This document shows, piece by piece, positions 1-12,600 of a stretch of DNA of 64,000 nucleotides (the first letter of the stretch is position 1; each line of letters begins with the position of its first letter). The stretch is from Tubiluchus corallicola (taxonomy: Eukaryota > Animalia > Priapulida). The notes under the pieces are model-generated. The model was not told the DNA's origin. It ran no database searches and saw nothing but the letters and a program-made list of their open reading frames with translations. The position numbers were made by a program, and so were the translations under genes. The stretch covers positions 1 through 64,000 of the forward strand of contig JAQGDQ010000764.1 in assembly GCA_030141605.1 (NCBI GenBank), given 5' to 3'.

Positions 1-190
1 TAAATATTTATTTTATTTGTCTTATAGAAATATTTTTGATTGTGATTTTTAACCATGCTTTGTTTATTATTCTATGGTACTTTTTATGTAATAAACGTAA
101 AATAAAAAAATAAAAACTAAATTGTCATAAGTAATAACTATTAACGCCTAATATACCCTGTGATTTATGTTCAGTTATTTGTTATTGCGA
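1..190. repeat. AT-rich interspersed repeat, inverted partner of ~2070-2265
   Basis: taaatatttattttatttgtctt...ccctgtgatttatgttcagttatttg is the reverse complement of caaataactgaacataaatcacaggg...agacaaataaaataaatattta. Confidence 0.8.
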
Positions 191-416
191 CATTATAACG
201 ACGTTTGACTGCATTCTTATAACACAAACTTTCCAAAATTTTTCCAACAAACATATCAAAAACGTGAACATTCCGAAACGATTTATAATATTTTTTCTAA
301 GTTCCACTTCTTTTTAGCTTGTTGCAGATGTTTGTCGCTGATGAGGAAGCTCAAAAAAGTAAACTGTGACCTACTCGGTTACTTTGCAAATCACAAAAAA
401 CAGCATACAGTGTTAC

Positions 417-3400
417 CTGTCATACGGTCTATTGCCCCACATGTGCGCCACGCTGTTTACGAGCCATGTGGCGTTGAGAACTACAGCATATCGCAAAAGT
501 CCACAGATAAAATATGCATTCCACAAACTCTCATTCCACAGTGTTGGCAGCCAGCTGGGAAATACGAAACACAGGAGTAACATGAATGGGATATAGAACC
601 TGGAAATGAGAAGCAATTAACGTCAACAGCAGTAATAAGCATTAAATCATATTCGAGCTCAAAAATATTCATTTTCTTTAAACAAACTATTTGAAATAGA
701 ATCAATCTATTCACGTTTTAAATGTTATTACCATTTTTCACTCAGACAGTGTGAAGGACGCCCAGTCAACGCTTTATAACTTTAGGGGTATATTTAAAAT
801 TTGTGAATTTTTTTATTATTTTAGCTTTTTTGTAGCCTTTGACTTTAACACTTTTATATGCACTGCTGAATTTTTCATTTTATTTTTATGCCGCCAAATT
901 TCAATTTACAATGTGGTTTCGTTAAGAATTAATACAAATCCATACCTTATATGGATTTATGAATTTAAATATTAACACGAAAGAGTTTGCGCTGCATGAT
1001 TCTAATTCTGAAATGATGTCACAATACACGTAATCATTGTCAGAACCTTGACTTCCTTGAGAAATTCTTGATGAATTAAAAAGATTTAAATTCTTTAGAC
1101 ATAATGAGAGGAGACAAAACACAAGTAAATGTTACCAAGCTTGAAATGACAGAATCGTGCAGAACCTGTCGAAGCTGACCATAAAAAATGCACAGTCAGC
1201 TTGTGATTGTATAACGCTCTTGAGCACAAATGACTCTATTCTACAATCACCACAACAGTACGACAGCGCCAGTTCTGCTCTAATATTCATGAAAAGTGTC
1301 CTGTGATTGTAAAGCAAACTTTCTGATGCACTGCAAGCCTATGAACTCAAATGTTCAATAACCTGAAAACTGAAAGTGGGATTTATGCTTGGAAATAAGA
1401 AAATTAAAAACTTTGGCTTACATAGGCTGGTTGGCCTAGGAGATCAACAGAAATTCACGACTGTTCTTTTGTCAAAAAACAATGAACTAGACTGGAAAAA
1501 TAATCAAATATCAGATTTTAGGATGTAGATAAAGCTTGCAATAACTGTATTTTTAGAGACGTACTTTCTCTGAATTCTCAAAACGGGATCATCTATTAAG
1601 TCTTGCATGCTAAGTCTCTTGCCCTTCTCTCTCACATCCGGATGCTTCCGCACGAGCAGCCAGCCTACATGAGAGAAAAAGAATCCCCTTCTGGCATTGT
1701 GAGGATCAGCATTTGTCTCCGAGTATTTGTGATGTGCTCTATGGTCTCTTGACCATTCATAGATATCATTCTACAAAATATGTCCCATAGTCAAGGAAAA
1801 ATTGTTAGATACAAAGGAATACGAATAGTAACTAACTGGTTGAGTCTTATGTATCTTAAAAAGCATATAACGCTGGCAACATGTATTTTGACACCCAATA
1901 TTGACATGGAATATATTAAAACTTCTAAAGACAAGTATAGTGACAATCACATCGTCATTGTTGTTTTTTGATATCGTTGTCGTCATGGTGATGGATTATC
2001 ATCGTTATGTATGTTTATAGCGAATGATTCAGTCATAAAAACTAAGTAAATAACAAGTTTCAAAATAACAAAATAGCAAATAACTGAACATAAATCACAG
2101 GGTGTATATATTATAGCATATTATTGTCACTTCTACACAATTTAGTTTAGTTTATTTTATTTTACGTTTATTTCGGTACATAAAAAGTATGATAGAATAA
2201 AAACCAAAGCTTAGTTAAAATCACAATTAAAAATATTTATGCAAGACAAATAAAATAAATATTTACATAAAGAACATAAATATATTTATATATATATATA
2301 TATATATATATAATATCATATCATATCATATTATATATATTACACTACACTACACTACACTACACTACACTACACTACACTATACTATATTACATTATAT
2401 TATATTTAGATCATAGTCGCTTCCTCTAATTTTTAAATCAGAATGTTCGAATGTTCAATGCTCATCCATTGTTCTCACTTCATGCTTGCCATTATATTAC
2501 TTTGTATTACGACTGATGCAAAACGTTTACAACACCATGTTTTAAAGTATTATTGTTAGCACTGCGAGAAAATAAAGTAGTTAATTCACATCGCATGTTT
2601 TCTCACCTGAAATGTCGTAGTTTGTAGAAAAGCGAGAATAATACGCAAGGGAAGTTTGGCTTTATAGGAACGATGAGACCAAAGACGGTGAGCTCCAGCT
2701 GTGACTCCAATACCGCCACCAACATACAGTAGGTATGCTAAATTAACATAACTTTTGTGTTAAACAACATGATGCTTAATAACTACCATCAAGTTAATAC
2801 AAGAACACCTCAAAGACGGTAGAGACAAATTTTTGTTAAGCAATTTGGTAAACTAACTAACAGTCCTCGCAATCATGTGCCTAACTTATGAATGACGTAT
2901 AATGACGTTTTTATATAAAACCTGTTAGCAAATCAGCATTTGATTAAGTGCCCATTGTTTTTATTATGAAGGTACTTATGATTGTAATGTTTCTTATCAA
3001 ATAAAAATATTGTTTAAACTAAATAGCAAAAGTAGCATTAAAGCACAAGAAAACCCTCCACTTATATAAAGTGTGAAAAATTCGACTTAACACTTTATAC
3101 CACTTACATACTGTCTTTTAGCACACACGGCTCGCGTCAGCAGTAACGCTGTATAAAACTTGTAAATTTAAACTCCAGCGATGACTGTTAGGCGATGACC
3201 AGCCATTTTAATGGTAGGTCATTTGAAACAAGTTTTGATAACATTAAGTAAAGTTTGAAAAATAACCAGAGCATTCGTAACATACATGTTGCTAATTAAG
3301 TAAAATTTTAAATTGCTGTATCCTGTCAATAAGATTAAAAATACGTTTTTTGGTCAGTGAGTGGCGCACCCTGTAGGGTGAGTCAGCGACATTTTACCAA

Positions 3401-3990
3401 TTGACTAAAACATTTTAAATTATTATTTCTAGTTACGTAAGTCTTTCCAGCAGGTAAGTGAAATGCTAAGTAATATAGATTTGCACGGAAAGTTTTTTGT
3501 GACATAATTTAACAGTGCCTTTTTCCCCCTGATTTACGTGGCATAGTGACGTCATGTAATGGCGCCGTCGGAACTGTATTGAGGGAGATTTAAAATGAAA
3601 ACAAACAAAACATCCTTTCATTGCGAGTATGATGTACGTATAAAATTGCTGTAAAGTAATATAATTTTTTAAGGCAATTTTTGTGAAACCTACTTCAGGT
3701 GCCCCTTTTCTTGTCCTTTAATTTACTCTAAGTTAAATATCTAAAAAGTGCTTGAAGCATCTTTAGAAGTAGCAAAAATACTAACCAAACAAGATTGTCT
3801 GCCACTTGCAGTAAAAGCACAAGAAGATCCCATACACGGCACCGGCATGAAGAAATGACAACCAAATGACATTTCTCCACACTATTCGCAACGGTAGTCG
3901 TTTCTCCCGCTCAGTAGAAACAATGGCATCTTCTTCAGGCACGAGATTCAGTTCATCAGAATTTGAGAGGGTAAAATTTCTAGGAGCCAT
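417..3990 (-). CDS. SCD: Stearoyl-CoA (delta-9 acyl-CoA) desaturase, 4 coding exons visible, 3' end beyond window start
   Basis: Exons (minus) 3990-3786, 2737-2607, 1770-1565, 599-417 with GT-AG ends and matching phases. Translation includes IVWRNV, His box 1 GVTAGAHRLWSHRSYKA, His box 2 DHRAHHKYSETNADPHNARRGFFFSHVGWL and LNATWLVNSVAHMWGNRPYD. The third His box exon is not in the window. Confidence 0.96.
2070..2265. repeat. AT-rich interspersed repeat, inverted partner of 1-190
   Basis: Reverse-complement match to 1-190 over about 190 bp with scattered substitutions. Confidence 0.8.
2281..2405. repeat. Compound microsatellite (TA)n/(TATCA)n/(TACAC)n
   Basis: Directly visible repeat runs. 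Confidence 0.9.
3121..3530 (+). mobile_element. Non-autonomous DNA-element-like repeat; related copies at ~5048-5471 and ~43037-43380
   Basis: Shared blocks (cagtaac.ctgta.aaaacttgtaaatttaaactcc; taacatt..gtaaagttt.aaa; tgctaa.taag.aaaa.tt.aaatt; caataa.at.a) in the same order in three places, each ending in a pyrimidine/CCCT run. Superfamily not determined. Confidence 0.65.
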
Positions 3991-5047
3991 TGTCGATAAT
4001 GCGCTGATGTATGTCCCAGCACACGAATAGGCTAGCAGTCACAGTTTACAGCTATATATGCACAAAGAATATTAGACTGAATCATGCAAGAAAAGCAGAT
4101 CAAGATATCAGCTAGTGCTGCTAATCTGACAGTACAAAGGCAAACCTATTAATCATTTTGAAATTGTTAAACATTATGGACGTGTCTATCACACAGTAGG
4201 TGAACTGAATGTGACGATGACTAACGATCATGTTTACATATAAGTTTTATAATCTGCTAAGAACTAAAAACACCTGTAGTAATTCTGTTTGTACGTGATA
4301 AAAGACGAATTCATGAAAAAAAAATTGAACGAGTACTTGTTTATGGGGTAGTTATAAAAGTTAAGTTTCAGATAAATAACTACTTCACTGACAATGCACA
4401 AAGCACAAGTATATAATCTGTCTCAGACCGCAGCAAATCAAACAAACCTTGCAACAAAAAAAGACCAAGTTAAACAAACACTGAGTTGCAAGCGAAGCAG
4501 ATTATGGGTTATGTTTGAGATGTGTATATTAATTTCAAATGACATGTATGATTTATGTAGGTGTTTACGTAACAAAAGTGAGTCAAGATCAAAAGACCAA
4601 CCAAAGGTAATCAATTTTAAAGATACTGCATACCTGCAGCATAAAAATAACTATATAACTGCATAGCTAATCCTCTTTAGGTTCAGCAGCAGGTGTGTGT
4701 GTAGCTCTTAGTTCACAAACAACCTGTGAACGCAAACAGCTCTGCATCATGTTTATGACTAAGCCTCTGCATTCTATTAACACTCATCAAGCATTGCAAG
4801 AGATATGAATCAATAGAGGCAGTGCTATTTTCTATGTGAGTCAAAAGGTTGTCGATTAATTTGAGTACTTTGTAACTAATTTGTCTTTCCATGCATCTTA
4901 GTATGTCACTTAGGATAAGAAAAATCAACTGAAAGTTCACAGTGTGTGCTTGGCTATTAGAATTAAAGTACAAGTTAACACTTTTCATAAATAAAGCTTT
5001 TTACAAATTGACCTTGAAATTTTATATCACCTACATGCTGTCTTACT

Positions 5048-5471
5048 GCACACAAGGTTTGTGTTATCAGTAACACTGTACAAAACTTGTAAATTTAAAC
5101 TCCCGCGTCGACCGTCAGGCACAGCCATTTCAATGGTAAGTCATTTTGAACCGAGTTTAGATAACATTGTGTAAAGTTTTAAAGAATAATCAGAGTATTC
5201 GCAGTATGTTTTTGCTAACTAAGCAAAAGTTCAAATTGTTTATATATAGGCAATAAGATCAGTAATGCATTTTTGGTGAATCAGTGTTGTACGCTGGGAT
5301 AGCTTAGCAGTGCCATTTTACTAGATGGTCCGAACATATTAAATTATTAAGAATTTTCTTAAGCCTTTCAAATAGGCAAGTGCAATGCAAAGAAATATAA
5401 CCTTGTATGGAAAATTTGTTGATATAATATATATATATATATATATACTTTAATATTTCTTTTTCTCCCTT
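5048..5471 (+). mobile_element. Second copy of the 3121-3530 repeat family
   Basis: Collinear similarity to 3121-3530. Confidence 0.65.
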
Positions 5472-5520
5472 CAAGCAATGCTAGGCCTGGTTAGTAAATG
5501 AATGACTGAAGCCGGGAATG
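5472..5520 (+). pseudogene. Degenerate 5S rRNA-like fragment (possible old SINE head)
   Basis: aagcaatgctaggcctggttagtaaatgaatgactgaagccgggaat resembles the 5S segment aagcaacatagagcctggttagtacttggatgagtgaccgcctaggaat seen at ~33042-33090. Confidence 0.4.
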
Positions 5521-6649
5521 TAGTTTCTAACAAGGTTCATCTGCCACACTACCTCCAGCTATTTCAGTTATGAATTTCACTTTAAAAGATCATGGTAATC
5601 AGCTAGGTTCCAGTTCTGCCATATCTATCAATGTAATAAGTGGGGTATTGCCACTGAATGTTGGCTTGCACTACGTCAGAATGAACAAAAATTACGGCCA
5701 TCAAGTGACCTGGAACTGCCATTATGATACCGAGTTTGCCATATCCATTTTGCACTTTAAACATGTCATAATTATGATTAATCATAAGCAAAAAAACAGC
5801 ACAGTAACGTCTTATGTTCTGAGTGTGCAACTTTGCCCATTATTTTTTTCTGGGACACGTGTCAAGTCGAGATAGTTTGAGAGTCTACATAATTATTTTT
5901 AATCAAGTGATTCCATGCCGCGTAATCTGTCCAATTCGATACACTTTTATTTGATTTTACGTTTCATTCACAGACTTATAGTTATAGTATAGACTACAGT
6001 ACATATAAACTTGAAAAAAAAGTAGAGAAATTCACTGTATTCACTTTTAGTAATTATCGTATGATAGCAAACGTAATCTTTGAGTAATCAAAATTATTAT
6101 TTCTGGGACCACAATCACAAGTTCTAGACTTGTATACACAATAACTACAAAATTAAATTAAAATCTATATCATAAGTACATGCAGTCAACAAACATTCAA
6201 TGCCATTAAAATTAGCATCATTCTATAACGCGTATCGCAAAACAAGAAATGTGCAAACACAAACCGATTACGATTCAGAACATCTGATATCTTCTGAGTG
6301 ATGCAAACCTCAGTCAAATATATTACATAATTATAAACACGTGACAAAATTGCAAAATCGCCTGTTTTCTTGACCATCGCGCCATGCGTTTAGATGGGTG
6401 CACTCCGTTGTTTAAAGAAACAAAACAATTCTTTCAGTTTCCGTAATTGTTAACTGTTATTAAAAATTTCGCTGACTATTAACGGAGAGACAGTTTTTAT
6501 TTGTTATTGTGCGGCTTTAGTGCGAAAATAAGTATTTATATAAAAATGAAGGTGTACTACTCTATTCAAAAATAAACACGAAACACTAATGGCTGCTCCC
6601 TAGCTGCAGGTGGGCGTTTTGCTGTGTTTACTGTTTAATAAATAAAAAG

Positions 6650-9600
6650 ATGGAATATGATTTGTCCCGACCATTAAAGCTTGAAGGCAAAGTTATCCGC
6701 CCCGCAGCTGTGGAAGGAAATAAAAACGTTTTTAAAAGAGAACCTTTTCTTCTGAGTCGATCAAGGTGAATTATTTAGTGATTGTATTTATATTTTTTTA
6801 GTTTGTGTATTGTATCTCATTGTAAGTTTGTAAATGTAAGATTGTCTACACGTAGCCATCAATGGCTTATTATAATATTATTGTTTGATAGGTTGGGTAT
6901 GAATATCTTTTTTATTTACTTTCACTTACTTTTTATGTACTTGGTCTGCCAGCTAGTTAACCATATAAAGCGTTGTGGATTGCGATTACTATTAATAGTA
7001 TTATAGTTGCTGAACTATTACTGTGATTATTTGGCTGGTACTACAGTAGGCGCTGCTTAATAGACTCACGGTTAATAGACTCAATCGCGTAACTGACTCA
7101 AAAACGCCTGGTGCGGGCCGTTTTTATTCAAATGTACATAAAAAATGTTGGTAATCGACTCAAATAACTCCGATTAATTTACTCAATATTATTGCTTCAC
7201 ATTCTTCAATAAGACACTTTCGTGTGACTAATAAGCTTTTATGACTTTTATATCATCTTAGTTTGCTTTTGTCCTGTAATATACATAGAAACAATCATGT
7301 TAAGTACCGTTTTGTTTGTAAGCAGGAACGTTTATCATACACTAATATGCTAACCTAATGGTTTGCTTTGACCCGCGCATCCAGTGCAATTAAGCTGGTT
7401 ACCCAAGGATTCCTGGAAGCTAAACAATCACTTCCTTAGCATTTTGCTTTTGAAGCTCTGGCTGTCTTTGCCAGAAAGTTTAATCACTTACATGTTGATG
7501 TTATGCCAGGGATGCATGTATATATTCAATATGAAGAATTGAAATTTAACACAACATTAGGATTACCTGGCAGATTTGTGTGTGTGTGATTAGGTGACAA
7601 ATAATTGCATGTATATTATGGAAAGTTGGGAACCTGTCATGTAAACAATAGATGAACTGTCTGCAAGTATAATAAACCATTGGTCCCAAATTTGTAGTAG
7701 CAGAATGAGTGTTGTTCACAGATTGCACAAGTCTTACCTCTCTTTTATAAAATTACTATAAAACCTGTATAGCTAAATGTTTCTTCTATCAGTATATTGA
7801 GAATTATATTATTTAGTATTATTGTCCAAGTCAGTAGATTGTTCTTAATAATGAAGTTGAACTCAAATCAAAACGTATTTAACTCCTGTTGTTGATTAAT
7901 TGCATTATTAACCCAAAGTGTTTTTATCATTTCATAACAATTTTGACCTGTATTTCACATAAAATCTAAATGCAATTTTTAGTTTAATCAAGACTGACCT
8001 TATTTTGTTGCCCGCTAATTAAAGTACATGTGTTTTCTTTACTCTGGATTACTTAATTATATAGCAAATGTCATAATTTTAAAATTATTAATGTTTGCTA
8101 AATTAAACTGATAACATTAATGCCCACCAGTGTCCAAAAATCATTTTATCTATATTCGGTAAAGGATAGCAGACTAGGTGACTATATAGTCTTTTCGCTA
8201 TCCTTTCCCTAGTTCTAGATCTTTCTATACATTTTAACCATTCTTCAAAACTTATTAGCGATTCTTTTATTAATCATGTTTTATTGTAGTATTATAAAGA
8301 GATAAATAAATTACAATTGAATTGAATTGTGTAACTCATTTTGAGAATGCAACTCTTTTTCTGTAACCTGTCAACATTCCTGATAGAACTAAAGTAAGTA
8401 ATGTTATCAATTGTTTAGCTAGCTGCACTAATTCCCCTTGATCTTTTTACTGCTTTTGCTCTGTGTCTAACAAAATTTGTCACTTTACAACGAACTGATT
8501 ATAATTCAGATGTTTCCCACAGGTGGATTGAGGACGATCAAGCCACATGCTGCCCGTTGTGCCTTCAGAAATTCAACCAGATTCGACGTCGTCATCACTG
8601 TCGTCAGTGCGGACGCGTCTTGTGCAGCAAATGTTGTCACGAGAAGGTAACTACGTAAATCCTGCAATGAGACTATTGAATCTCATTTTAGATATTGTCT
8701 ACTATAATGCGGGTAGAGACTAGAAACGATAATGTTAAGTACCGTTTTGTTTGCAAGGAGATACGTTTATCATGCGCTAGTGTACTAGTGAAGCGATTTT
8801 GCTTTGAATGTGTTACTGGCTCGACTGCTGTAATGAATCTTGTTGCCAAAGAATTTATGAAAGCTAAACTTTTAATCGCATACCTGGTGGTTCCTTTTCA
8901 AACTCTTGCTGCTTTTTACAGAACCGTGACTCATTTAACTGTGGCTGTTATGCCACTGATTCATCGACAGTAATCTGCTAGTATTCCTTGAGAGTTAAAA
9001 GCATAGACCTAGTTTTGAAAAATGCATAACTGTTTGCATTAAATAGCTCTTGTAACCTTTGCAGTACATACTAAGCTGAAGGATATGTACTTTTATACTT
9101 TGTGTATGTTTGCATTCAATTCAATTGCATTAAATAGCTCTTGTAGCCTTTGCAGTACATACTAAGCTGAAGGGTATGTACTTCAATACTTGTATACCAT
9201 TAATAGTACACCCGATGGCCAATAGATTCACTCGGTTAGTTGGGTCAGAACACCTTCATCCCAATGTGAGTCTATTAAACGGCGCCTACTGTATTTGATA
9301 ATGTACACTAGAACACGGATTGGTGAGTAATCAAAATTACACGGTCACATGGCAGTGCACATAAGCGAAGGGACGTAAACATTTATATAAGCAAAGGGAC
9401 AAAATGATCAATGATGGTAAAATTCAAATTATTAATAAGTTCCATCATATTGTAATTTGTCTTGAACACATATTTTTACAAACAAAATTCACTTATTCTT
9501 CTCCCATCACAAAAAAACTACAAAGTGACAATTACTTTAGCTATTTATTAAAAACACGATTACACATCATTGACTTGTGTATATTTCAAAATTGCAGTTT

Positions 9601-12600
9601 ATATTATGAAACTTGTAGCATAGTGCTGAAATGTTTCTGGGATGTATGGACTGGATACTTGGAACGCAGGAAGTTTAAGAATCCTTCACAAAAGCAGCAC
9701 TGCTGAATTAATGTTTTTTTGCACTTTATTCAATCTTCGTTTTAGATTCCGTTACCTCAGTTAAGCTTGGAGGAACCAGAACGAGTCTGCGAAGATTGTC
9801 GACCAATCACCGAACTTGTTACATGCGCAAGATCAATGCAGATTGTACGTGCTGGTAACCATTATAATTACTGTACTGATGGAAGTATGCAATACATTGC
9901 AGCATGGAACTCCTGTCTGTAGCACCAACTAATTTTATGATTCACATTTTTGAAATTATGCACATTGTTTACCACATGAAATTAGCAAAATATTATTTTC
10001 TAATGAAATCTTAACGATTGTGTTACATATATGGAATTTCAAGTGGCAGTACCCTATTGTGTGCTTTAGTATTTAAACCTCAAGATTAATTATTCTGGAT
10101 TTTAAAACCGACGTGATTTCTTGACATTTTTTATAAGAAATAACTTATTTCTTCTCAAATACATCAACATTTGCACTACAAAAAATTCATGTTCATGTCA
10201 AATACGCCATTAATATTAATTATCGAAGCTTTGACATTTCATAACACTGACACTTGGCTGATTTAGCTCTACCAAGTTCAAAATTCTGTGCAGTTTCTGT
10301 GTTATTTTTCTAGGAGTTTCAGCGGAAAGCTGCACGTGGTCTTGCTGAGTTTTGCCAAAATTTGTCATCTATTAGTAAGGTGTGTTCATTTAGCTAACTG
10401 TTTATTTCCTAAAGTGTCTAAATATGTCAGTGTCATTTTATTTTCTTTACATAAATATACATTTGTCCCCTCCATAAACGTAAGTTTACTGCTGTTTTGT
10501 CCTTGGCAATGAGAATTTTTCGTGTGTATTGCACCAAAAATGTAAATTTAATATTGCTAGTTACTTACTTTGTAAAGGACCCTTTTATTTTAAGATCTTG
10601 CTGTTAAATTTTAGTAAAGTTGAGCTTACATTTGCATAGTTTTTGAGATTATGGGCTGTAACTCTTTGTGGACTTGAATATTGAATTGGGAATTTAATAA
10701 TTTAGTATATTAATTTAGCTGCATTTTTATGTTACTAGACACAAAACTTGCTTCATAAATAACCTTGATTTTAGCACTCACTTTAATACTCCCTGTTTAA
10801 CATCACTGTAAATAATGTTAAACGCACAAATGAAAAAAGCTAATTAGAGAATGTGTAACTTAATATTGTAGAATTTACACTAGTGTCTATGTAAAATTGT
10901 GTAATGTTTGTGCAGAAATTTTTGCCTGCAAAAGAGGCTAATAAATCCTGCTTATTCAATCTAAGGATAAAGTGATGAGGATAATGAGAATTTATCATCC
11001 TCATCAGTTTGTCCTTAGACTGAATAAGCAGGATTCTGAGACAGAATTTTTATCTCTTATGGTTTTATGTTTTTGGGTTCAGTTTGAAGTCATCAATAGT
11101 TCGTTTTGCTAGTAGGTGATTTTGCACAAAAGTCACTGTATAGCATGGCAGCATGCCACAATAAAATAAACAGTTCCTCATTCATAAGTAAATAAAGACA
11201 ATTTAAAAAGAGATGAAAACTTGGAAACGCTAAAAAGTTGAATTTTATTGTCAGTTTTTAAGTGTCCAAAGTTATAATGAAGCGCAAATGTTATAATGCT
11301 AGAGGAGAATTCCACATAGAAGCAATTCTGTAGAAATTTTAAGAAATATGACTTAGTCTTTAGCTTAGAAATTTTGTTCCCGTCATGTTGTTTACGTCGA
11401 AGTTACGCAAGAGTAAAAAGGAGTAGTGAAGATGGTGAAGGATTTTTTATGAATTGATGTTTTTGCCATTTTGCTGCTTGGCATTTTTTTTTGCTCATTT
11501 GCTGTTTTTATTTTGCCCTTGATATAATTGCTGTATTTGCTTTTGTCTTCTTCGTATTTTTCTTTTTCACTTTTACTTTTTTCTGTATTTGTTGTTTTAC
11601 CATTTTGCCATGTTTTGGACCAATGTTTTTACGTTTCTGTTTCTTTCTGTTTCACGTTACGTCTTATCATATTCATTTTTTGCCTATGTTTTTGTATTGA
11701 AATGATTCTTGGAAGTTACTGGAACTATTAAATTTTATTTAGTAATTCTCTTAATTTGATTTTCATGTCAACAGGTAGTGGAACTTGGAGGTGTGCAGAC
11801 AATAATATACCTCGGTTCAAAGTACGATAAAGAGGTACAGTCGTGTGTTGCATCAGGTGTACATAGTTTATGCATGCATGCACCATTACTCAATCTTTTG
11901 GCTACCAGTGGTGCTATAAAAGCCATTTGTCATTTACTAGAAGGTATGCAAAAACTGCAAGTATGCTTAAGATGCAGTAAGCACCGTGTATTAGACTGGT
12001 AGTAATGTAGAATCAATCGCCTAATTGTCTCAAATATGTCTAGTATGGGCTGCTCAAGACATTCAAGCTACACGCATGTCGTTGCGCGCTGCTTGGTTGC
12101 ACTGATGTAATTGTTACATACTAGACTAAGGGACAGACTTAACTAGTCGTTGGTAGGCGCTGAGTGCACTGGTTACAATTGGGTATCTTCCAGGGCCGAG
12201 CTTTGTAATGTATTTAAATGTAACCAGCTGACCTCCTACCTCAGACAGTGGCGAGGGTCTAAGTAGTCTACGGGGGGCCTACTGGACAGTATGATATGGT
12301 TCGTGGTGTGATCAAGAATTTAAACAACTCAACACAGCATAAATGTTTTAACAGTAATTATTAAACTTAATGAAACAGTAAATCTTATTAATAATTGGCT
12401 CAATAATCAAATAGTTAAGCCTGTTTTTACTATGGTACTACTCAGAGCAAAATGAGAAAAACTACAAATACTATTACTACGTCTACTATATCAAAAAAAA
12501 GGATAGCACGCAAATACTCAAAGTCAAAGTTTGTTACATAACCTAAACACCTGAACTAAGGGCATGTTTTAAGCACTGGAAATAATATTACTGACTGATT

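Noticed and set aside
3547-3554. CRE palindrome TGACGTCA in desaturase intron 1
   Set aside because: A single 8-mer next to a repeat end; not distinguishable from chance.
11491-11731. Phe-rich hydrophobic ORFs
   Set aside because: T-rich low-complexity intron sequence; not needed by the gene model.
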